DNA of 43,931 nucleotides, from assembly GCA_041891195.1 (NCBI GenBank), contig JASDVE010000013.1, positions 1 to 43,931 on the forward strand, written 5' to 3'. This DNA comes from Myxococcota bacterium (lineage in GTDB: Bacteria; Myxococcota_A; UBA9160; UBA4427). The notes beneath the pieces are model-generated. The model was not told the origin of the DNA and searched no databases. It saw only the letters and a list, made by a program, of their open reading frames with translations. A program made the translations under genes and the position numbers. Positions 32,829 to 40,074 of this stretch are shown here, in pieces (the stretch's first letter is position 1; each line of letters begins with the position of its first letter).

Positions 32829-33970
32829 TGGACTTCCGTTTCAACGAAGAACAAGAAGAGTTGCGCGCAATGGCGCAAAGTTTTCTCGAAGAAAACTCTG
32901 GCAGCGAACAGGTCCGCAAGGCGATGGAGAGCGAGCTCGGCTACGACGCCGACACGTGGAACCAGGTCGGTGCCGAACTCGGCTGGACTTCGGTCCATAT
33001 CCCCGAAGAATACGGCGGCCTTGGACTCGGCTACGTCGAACTCGTTGCGCTGATGGAAATGATGGGCGGCTCGCTTTTGTGTGCGCCGTTCTTTTCCAGC
33101 GTATGCCTGGGCGCCAACGCATTGCTGGTTGCGGGTAGCGAAGAGCAGAAGCAAGAATACTTGCCCGGCATTGCCGAAGGCACGACCCGGGCCACGTTTG
33201 CGTACTGTGGCGAGTCCGGGAATTGGGACCCATCCACTGTGGAAGTCACCGCGGCTGTTTCAGGCGACGGCTACATGTTGTCCGGCGTGAGTTCCTTTGT
33301 CGTCGACGGCCACAGTGCCGATCTCGTGATCGTTGCCGCCCGGGCAGAGGGTTCAACAGGCAGCGAGGGGCTGAGTCTCTTTGTTGTTTCCGGTGACGCC
33401 GCTGGCCTTCAAAGAAAAGCGCTTCCCACCGTCGACCAGACTCGAAGGCTTGCCGAGCTCAACTTTGAAAATGTGACCGTACCTGCGACTGCCCGGCTCG
33501 GCGAAGAAGGCGCAGCATCGCTTGCGATCGCGCGAACCCTCGACCTTGCCGCAATCGCACTTGCTGCAGAACAAGTTGGCGGCGCTCAGCGTTGCCTCGA
33601 CATGTCGGTCGCCTACGCGAACGAACGCGTACAGTTCGGTCGCCCGATCGGTTCGTTTCAAGCCATTAAGCACAAGTGCGCTGATCTTATGGTGAAGATC
33701 GAGTCTGCACGCTCCGCTGCGTATTACGCGGCGTGCACGGTAGCGGAAGGCAACGCCGCCGAGATCAACACGGTGGCACCACTCGCCAAGGCGTACTGCT
33801 CCGACGCGTACTTTCAATGCGCGGCAGACTGCATTCAGATTCACGGTGGGGTTGGCTTTACCTGGGAATACGACGTGCACCTTTATTTCAAGCGCGCAAA
33901 GTCGACTGAGTCCCTGCTCGGCGATGCTTCTTATCACCGCGAACTGTTGGCTCAGCGTATCGACCTCTAG
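32828..33970 (+). CDS. Acyl-CoA dehydrogenase (380 aa)
   Basis: ATG 32828 overlaps the SDR stop codon (TGATG). Motifs: MDFRFNEEQEELRAMAQSFL, RVQFGRPIGSFQAIKHKCADL, IQIHGGVGFTWEYDVHLYFKRAK. Confidence 0.8.
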   Translation: MDFRFNEEQEELRAMAQSFLEENSGSEQVRKAMESELGYDADTWNQVGAELGWTSVHIPEEYGGLGLGYVELVALMEMMGGSLLCAPFFSSVCLGANALLVAGSEEQKQEYLPGIAEGTTRATFAYCGESGNWDPSTVEVTAAVSGDGYMLSGVSSFVVDGHSADLVIVAARAEGSTGSEGLSLFVVSGDAAGLQRKALPTVDQTRRLAELNFENVTVPATARLGEEGAASLAIARTLDLAAIALAAEQVGGAQRCLDMSVAYANERVQFGRPIGSFQAIKHKCADLMVKIESARSAAYYAACTVAEGNAAEINTVAPLAKAYCSDAYFQCAADCIQIHGGVGFTWEYDVHLYFKRAKSTESLLGDASYHRELLAQRIDL

Positions 33971-34037
33971 GTCACCTCCGCGATTGACTGAAGCGCTCAC
34001 GTGGCAAAGACACGCAGCGGCAAGGAGAACAACCGGA

Positions 34038-34820
34038 ATGAACAATCCCCTCGACTACGCAGGCAAGGTTGTAATTGTGACCGGCGGCGGGCGCGGCGTG
34101 GGTCTTGGTATCACGCACCGGTTTCTAGAGTTCGGTGCGGACGTTGTCATTTGCGGACGCAACAAACCCGAAGCACTCCCTGAAGCCGGTGGCCGCAAGG
34201 CAGCGTTTATTGCTGCGGACGTGCGAGATGTCGAACAGATCGAAGCCGTCGTGGCCTTTACAAAGGAACGCTATGGCAGCGTGGACGTGCTGGTCAACAA
34301 CGCGGGCGGTGCACCCGAAGCCGATGCCGCAACCGTGTCCCCGCGTTTTTCAGAGTCCATCATTCGCCTGAACTTGATTGCGCCGCTCAACTTTGCTCAA
34401 AAGGCGAATGCGGTTATGCAAGAACAAGAAACTGGTGGCGTCATCATCAACATCGCAAGCGTAAGTGCCACGCGCCCATCACCTGGAACAGCGGCGTACG
34501 GCGCGGCGAAAGCGGGGTTGTTGAGCCTGACCGAGAGTGTCGCAGTCGAGTGGGCGCCCAAGGTCCGTGTGACGGCGATCATTGCCGGGATGATTCGAAC
34601 CGAGCAAGCGCATCTTCACTACGGCGACGAAGAAGGCATTGCCGCTGTAGGTCAGACGGTACCCCTCGAGCGCATGGGCGAACCCCGGGACATCGGTGAT
34701 ACCTGCTTGTACCTCGCGTCTCCACTTGCAAGTTACGTGAGCGGCTCGAGTGTGTGGGTGCATGGTGGGGGTGAGAAGCCAGCGTTTCTTGCCGCTGCCA
34801 AGAACACGACGAAAGACTAG
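34038..34820 (+). CDS. Short-chain dehydrogenase/reductase (classical SDR, 260 aa)
   Basis: ATG 34038 with AAGGAG 10 nt upstream; the track ORF 33846-34820 is over-extended. Motifs: VVIVTGGGRGVGLGI, NNAGG, YGAAKAG. Confidence 0.8.
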   Translation: MNNPLDYAGKVVIVTGGGRGVGLGITHRFLEFGADVVICGRNKPEALPEAGGRKAAFIAADVRDVEQIEAVVAFTKERYGSVDVLVNNAGGAPEADAATVSPRFSESIIRLNLIAPLNFAQKANAVMQEQETGGVIINIASVSATRPSPGTAAYGAAKAGLLSLTESVAVEWAPKVRVTAIIAGMIRTEQAHLHYGDEEGIAAVGQTVPLERMGEPRDIGDTCLYLASPLASYVSGSSVWVHGGGEKPAFLAAAKNTTKD

Positions 34821-34884
34821 ATCTACGAACAATTGGCCAGGCTCCGTGCGGCAACGTGCGAGACCCGCAAGAGGAATATCCAGT

Positions 34885-35346
34885 ATGGCGACCATCTTTA
34901 ATCACCCGAGCGAACTCAAAGAATCTGTCGGCAAGCAACTTGGCGTGAGCGAGTGGCTCGAAATCGACCAAGCCCGCATCGACACCTTCGCCGACGCGAC
35001 CGGCGACCATCAGTGGATCCACGTCGACCCCGAGCGCGCGAAAGACGGCGCGTTTGGCTCAACGATCGCTCACGGCTACCTCACGCTTTCTCTTGTGAAC
35101 AAGTTCCTGCCCGAAATCATCGACGTTCGCGGGATTTCGATGGGAGTCAATTACGGCAGCGACCGCCTGAGGTTTCCGGCTCCGGTCCCGGTCGGCGCGC
35201 GGATTCGGGGCAGCGCTGAATTGATCAAAGTAGAAGACGTCAAGGGCAATGCGGTTCAGTCGACGGTGCGGGTCACGGTCGAAATCGAGGGTAGCGACCG
35301 TCCGGCATGTATCATCGACACCATCAGTCGCTACGTTCCTGCGTAG
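34885..35346 (+). CDS. MaoC-like (R)-specific enoyl-CoA hydratase (hot-dog fold)
   Basis: ATG 34885 within ORF 34750-35346. Hydratase-2 motif variant FADATGDHQWIHVDPERA, plus GSTIAHGYLTLSL. Confidence 0.8.
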   Translation: MATIFNHPSELKESVGKQLGVSEWLEIDQARIDTFADATGDHQWIHVDPERAKDGAFGSTIAHGYLTLSLVNKFLPEIIDVRGISMGVNYGSDRLRFPAPVPVGARIRGSAELIKVEDVKGNAVQSTVRVTVEIEGSDRPACIIDTISRYVPA

Positions 35347-35400
35347 CGAAGGGTCGCGGTAAGCTCACCGCGACAAACACAAAGCCGGGGACTCCAGACG

Positions 35401-36135
35401 ATGAAGCTAAGCCGCAAGGAGTTTCTGATCGGCGCGGGGGCCTTGTCCGCCGGCTTCCCCCTCGGTGCGATCGCGCACGACCGCGCGAACCCGGGCACGC
35501 GTTCGTTTGCCCAATGTGGCGAAGACCTGATCGTCGACTTTCTCCTTGGCTACATCGGGGTAGAGGACATGACGTATCTCGACATCGGTGCCTTCGACCC
35601 GATTAAGATCAACAACACCTATCTCTTCTACGAGAAGGGCTTCAAGGGTGTTCTCGTAGAGCCCAACCCGGTGATGTGCGACAAGCTGCGCAAGGTGCGT
35701 CCGCGCGACACCACTCTCACCGCGGGGATCGGAATCACGGACGAACGCGAAGCCGACTTCTACCAGATGAGCGACCCGTCGTGGAACACGTTTTCCAAAG
35801 AAGAAGCAGAGCACGTCGTCAAAACCACGAACGGCGCGATCTTTGTCGAGAAGCAACTCAAGATGCCGCTCCTCGACATCAACAGAGTCATGGGAGAACA
35901 CTTTGGCGGTGCACCGACATTCGTGTCGATCGACGCCGAAGGACTTCACTTCTACCTTGTGAAGGCGATCGACTACTCAAAATATCGCCCACTGGTGATC
36001 TGTGTTGAAACACTCGTGTCCGGAACAACGAAGACCCTCCCCGAGATCGCCCAGTACATGTCGAGCCAAGGCTATGTCGAGCGTGGCGGATCGTTCGTGA
36101 ACGATATTTTTGTTGACGTGAAGGTTCTCGCTTAG
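35401..36135 (+). CDS. FkbM-family SAM-methyltransferase-like protein with a Tat-type N-terminal signal
   Basis: MKLSRKEFLIGAGALSAGFPLGAIA-HD gives an S-R-K-x-F-L motif, a hydrophobic region and AxA. The FkbM pattern follows: FAQCGEDLIVDFLL, YLDIGAFDPIKINNTYLFYEKGFKGVLVEPNP, FVSIDAEGLHF, LVICVE. It lies 54 nt after the MaoC gene. Confidence 0.7.
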   Translation: MKLSRKEFLIGAGALSAGFPLGAIAHDRANPGTRSFAQCGEDLIVDFLLGYIGVEDMTYLDIGAFDPIKINNTYLFYEKGFKGVLVEPNPVMCDKLRKVRPRDTTLTAGIGITDEREADFYQMSDPSWNTFSKEEAEHVVKTTNGAIFVEKQLKMPLLDINRVMGEHFGGAPTFVSIDAEGLHFYLVKAIDYSKYRPLVICVETLVSGTTKTLPEIAQYMSSQGYVERGGSFVNDIFVDVKVLA

Positions 36136-36773
36136 GCGGTTCGCGAAGCTGAGGCTCATGTTTTGGTTGCGAACCGTTCGGAACAGAGCCGCGCTGAACG
36201 CTCACTCATTGTGTTTTTTCGCGATCACAACGCAATGGGCTGCGAGTGATTTACATCTGCCGAACAAAGGCACGACGAGGGTCCCGGTGGATTCAACACT
36301 TGGTTAGAATCGAGGCATCGCGATTGCTGCGTATTTTAGTCCCGCGTATGGGTCTGCTGCGAGGTTTCAGAAACCACAGATGCCGTCACGAATCAACCGC
36401 GCGTGGCAAGCATGGATCGGCCATCCCGAGACTTGCGAAGCGCCACTACCGTGTCCTTCTCTCAGATTGGCCGCCAAGCTGGCGCTCGACGAAGGACTCT
36501 TGTGGGTGATGTCGAAGGCCAGTCCCCAGAGTTCGAGCCCGCAAGATCGAGCGTCTGTCGACCGCGACCTCGATCGGTCATTGCGCTTCTTTGAAGACAT
36601 GAGGTGGATCGATTCGCCCAGCGAATTTCACCCCAAACCTCCGCGCCTAAAGCAGCCGGACTTCACTCGTGCCGGGTGGGGGATCCAGCTCTCCACACGC
36701 AGTCACTAGATTTCGTAGCAGTCAGCTAAACGGTTCAGTTCAAAAACGCCCTCGTCCCTAAAAAGGAAAGTTC

Positions 36774-38681
36774 ATGACTTGTTCACCCACGGCGTCATCG
36801 GTGTCGACGTTCGCCTCCTTCACAATCTTGTTGGCTGCACTTGCCTTTGCTGGCTCGGCGCAAGCCGAAGCCGCCGATCGCATTGAGTACTCGCCCTACC
36901 TTGGTGAAGACTTCCCGATGCAGCTGCTTTGGGGCGACACCCATGTTCACAGCTCCTTCAGCATGGACGCGAACGCGATGGGGAATACGCGTCTCGATCC
37001 GAGCGCGGCTTACCGGTTTGCAAAGGGTGAAGCGGTTGTCGCGAATACGGGGATGACCGCGCAACTCGACATGCCACTCGACTTTCTCGTCGTCTCCGAC
37101 CACGCGGAATACATGGGTTTGCTTCCTCGACTGCGCGCAAAGGATCCCAAGCTCCTCGCTGATCCAGTGGCGCAGCGAATTTCAAATGCAATCACGGGAG
37201 ACAAGGCTTCGGTGATGAACGGCCTGCAAGAACTCATCGGTTCGCTTACCACCAACGAGCCGGTGATCGACAACGTGGACTTGAAGCGAAGTATTTGGGA
37301 TGAGATCACCCGTCTCGCGGACGAACACAACGACCCGGGAAATTTCACGGCGCTAATCGGCTACGAGTGGACCTCGATGCCGGGGGGCGACAACCTGCAC
37401 CGTGTCGTGATCTATGCCGACGACGCCGAACGCGCGAACCAGCTGATCCCCGTCTCGGCTTTTGATGGCGCCGATCCGGAACATCTCTGGACCTTCATGG
37501 AGAAGTACAAGAAGGAAACCGGAGGCCGTATTCTCGCGATCCCCCACAACCCGAACGTCAGCAACGGCCGCATGTTCGCATTGGAAGATTCGCAGGGTCG
37601 TGCCTTCGACGCTGCCTACACGGCGCGCCGCATCTCCCACGAACCCATCGTCGAAGTCACCCAGATCAAAGGCGACAGTGAAACGCATCCGTTGCTTTCC
37701 CCCGACGAAGAGTTCGCCGACTTTGAAACCTGGGACTTCGGTAACCTCCATCCCAACGCGGTGCTGAAGCAAGACGAGATGATCAAGTACGAATACGTGC
37801 GCTCTGCTCTCAAGATGGGCCTCGAAGAAGAAGCACGCACGGGAAGCAACCCGTTCAAGTATGGGATGATCGGGAGTACTGACGCCCATACCTCGCTGGC
37901 AACTGCGAACGAAGGCAACTTTTGGGGCAAGGCGACGCTGGTCGAACCCGGTATGAAGCGCACCGTCGGTGGCATGTTTTCGTCGGGCCCTGACGACGAA
38001 GTGCAGCTGATGCCGTGGCAGTTCGTCGCCTCGGGATATGCCGCAGTGTGGGCGCATGAAAATACGCGAGAAGCGATCTTCGACGCGATGCGGCGCAAGG
38101 AGGTCTACGCGACCACGGGCTCTCGCATCGCACTTCGCTTCTTTGGCGGTTGGGAGTTTGAAGCCAGTGACGCCCAACGCGCGGACGCCGCACGCATTGG
38201 CTATCGAAAAGGTGTGCCGATGGGCGGCGACCTCACCTCGACAAACGATGGGAAGGAGCGCACACCTGGTTTCTTGCTGAGCGCAACAAAAGATCCCCAC
38301 GGCGCAAACCTTGACCGCATCCAAGTCATCAAGGGGTGGCGTGACGCGAAGGGTGAACTTCACGAAAAAGTCTACGAAGCTGCCCTGTCCGACGGCCGCA
38401 CCCCGAACCGAAAGGGTCGCGCAAAGGCATTGAAGTCAACCGTTGACGTCAAAGCCGCGACGTACAGCAACTCGATCGGCGCAGTCGGATTTTCAACCTA
38501 CTGGCAGGACCCGGACTTCGATCCGAAGCAGCACGCGTTCTACTACGCACGGGTGATCGAAATCCCAACCCCACGCTGGCCCGCCTACGACGTCAAGCGT
38601 TTGGGCGCGGAGAGCGCGGCCAACATGTTGATGGAAATACAAGACCGCGCCTACAGTTCTCCGATCTGGTACACGCCGTAA
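36774..38681 (+). CDS. Secreted DUF3604 protein (PHP-like metal-dependent hydrolase fold, function unknown)
   Basis: Signal peptide (FTILLAALAFAGSAQA). Motifs: WGDTHVHSSFSMDA, FLVVSDHAEYMG, ALIGYEWTS, ILAIPHNPN, GSTDAHT. The pattern matches DUF3604 from memory. Confidence 0.75.
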   Translation: MTCSPTASSVSTFASFTILLAALAFAGSAQAEAADRIEYSPYLGEDFPMQLLWGDTHVHSSFSMDANAMGNTRLDPSAAYRFAKGEAVVANTGMTAQLDMPLDFLVVSDHAEYMGLLPRLRAKDPKLLADPVAQRISNAITGDKASVMNGLQELIGSLTTNEPVIDNVDLKRSIWDEITRLADEHNDPGNFTALIGYEWTSMPGGDNLHRVVIYADDAERANQLIPVSAFDGADPEHLWTFMEKYKKETGGRILAIPHNPNVSNGRMFALEDSQGRAFDAAYTARRISHEPIVEVTQIKGDSETHPLLSPDEEFADFETWDFGNLHPNAVLKQDEMIKYEYVRSALKMGLEEEARTGSNPFKYGMIGSTDAHTSLATANEGNFWGKATLVEPGMKRTVGGMFSSGPDDEVQLMPWQFVASGYAAVWAHENTREAIFDAMRRKEVYATTGSRIALRFFGGWEFEASDAQRADAARIGYRKGVPMGGDLTSTNDGKERTPGFLLSATKDPHGANLDRIQVIKGWRDAKGELHEKVYEAALSDGRTPNRKGRAKALKSTVDVKAATYSNSIGAVGFSTYWQDPDFDPKQHAFYYARVIEIPTPRWPAYDVKRLGAESAANMLMEIQDRAYSSPIWYTP

Positions 38682-38732
38682 AGTACTTCCAGCCTCGGTT
38701 TGCTCTCGCTCAAGCCGGACATCGTGTCGCGC

Positions 38733-40040
38733 CTACTCGGACGACCGGACCCGTGGCAACTCGACGAGGAACTTTGCCCCCCCCAGGTCACCGCTTTCGA
38801 GTCGGATCTGGCCACGCGCTTCTTCGACGAGTTTTTTCGTGATGGCAAGGCCGAGTCCGCCGGCGCGCCCAACGCGAGTGGAAAAGAACGGTTCGAACAA
38901 GCGCGATCGCATGGCTTCGGGCACACCATCTCCTTGATCTTCGACGCTAAACGACACAGAAGTTTCGTGCGCCTCGGCTCGCACGATGACCGAGCTAGAT
39001 CGTGGGGAAGCTTCAAGGGCGTTGAGGACCAGGTTCAGCATCACCTGCCGCAGGGCGTCTTCTCCAATTGCAACGTCGTCGACCGCAATGTCCGTTTCGA
39101 TCTGGAGTGCGACTTCTCGTTCCGCGGCGCGTTGTTCGAGCAAACGCAACAGAGCCCCAAAGACATGAGCGAGGTTTGCGGTCGCGTGTGGGGTTTCATT
39201 CGCAACGCGATTGCTTGCGGGGCGGGCATTTGCGAGCAGCGTGTCGAGCAAGCGTTCCATGCGCCCAAGCTCTTCGAGCACGACACCTCGAAACTCGACT
39301 TGGAATTCTTGGTCGTCGAGATGTTCGGGGAGTAGCTGCAAGAACGTCTTCATCGAAACCAGCGGGTTGCGGATTTCGTGAGCGACTTCAGCGAGCAGGC
39401 CTCCCAGAACTGCAAGACGATCGAGCCGGCAGACTTCGGCGTCGAGGCGGGTCAGTCGTTCGAGCGCGCCTGCCGCAGCAGTCGGTGCACGCAGTTGCTG
39501 GATTGCAGCGTCGAGGGCTGCGAGGGTTCGCGGTCGCACGCTGCCGGGCGGGTCGTCGGCGCTGCCGAGTAGCACGATCGCGACCGGTTCGTCGTTGGCA
39601 GAATGAAGCGGCATCGCGCAGCTCATGCCGAAGTTCTCGGCAAGTTGTGAAAGCGCCGACGAGCTGGCGTGGGCAGCGTCGCCTTCTACGTCGAGGATGC
39701 CAATAAAATTTGCCCCGAGGTCGACCGGATGCTTTATCGCGAACAAGGGTTCGAGCGCATCAAGGGTTGAGTCGTCCGGCGTCTGGGGAGAAGTCGCATC
39801 GCGATAGCTGGCGGCGATGACATAGGGCTCACCGTCGGGGCGTCGCGCCCACGCGCATGCTCGGCTGCTGTTCGTGGTCTCGATAAGTCGCTGGAGTGCA
39901 TCAGTGAGCAAGCTGCGTAAATCTCGTGACGCTGCCGTGTTTAGCCCAGCGCCGGCGACGCTTCGTTCGGGACCGGCTTCACGGGTGACCTCGCGTGTAG
40001 CCGGAGCGCCGATCAACGTCGAATCACCGCTCGCCATCAA
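38733..40040 (-). CDS. Soluble sensor histidine kinase (GAF-like N-terminal domain, HisKA, HATPase_c)
   Basis: H-box AHEIRNPLVSM, N-box LNLVLNALEA, G1 VEDQGDGVP, G2 GGLGLAI. No TM segment is evident. It starts 34 nt downstream of the PBP1A stop codon, and no response regulator is nearby. Confidence 0.85.
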   Translation of the reverse strand: MMASGDSTLIGAPATREVTREAGPERSVAGAGLNTAASRDLRSLLTDALQRLIETTNSSRACAWARRPDGEPYVIAASYRDATSPQTPDDSTLDALEPLFAIKHPVDLGANFIGILDVEGDAAHASSSALSQLAENFGMSCAMPLHSANDEPVAIVLLGSADDPPGSVRPRTLAALDAAIQQLRAPTAAAGALERLTRLDAEVCRLDRLAVLGGLLAEVAHEIRNPLVSMKTFLQLLPEHLDDQEFQVEFRGVVLEELGRMERLLDTLLANARPASNRVANETPHATANLAHVFGALLRLLEQRAAEREVALQIETDIAVDDVAIGEDALRQVMLNLVLNALEASPRSSSVIVRAEAHETSVSFSVEDQGDGVPEAMRSRLFEPFFSTRVGRAGGLGLAITKKLVEEARGQIRLESGDLGGAKFLVELPRVRSSE

Positions 40041-40074
40041 CTACACCCTCGTTCGGTTGCGGCACAGGCCGCGA

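Noticed and set aside
36380-36709. A 109-aa ORF in the gap before the DUF3604 gene.
   Set aside because: It has borderline codon bias, no Shine-Dalgarno sequence and no recognisable family. It is kept only as part of the gap finding.
37353-38363. A 336-aa minus-strand ORF inside the DUF3604 gene.
   Set aside because: It is a shadow frame, and the DUF3604 reading has conserved metal motifs.
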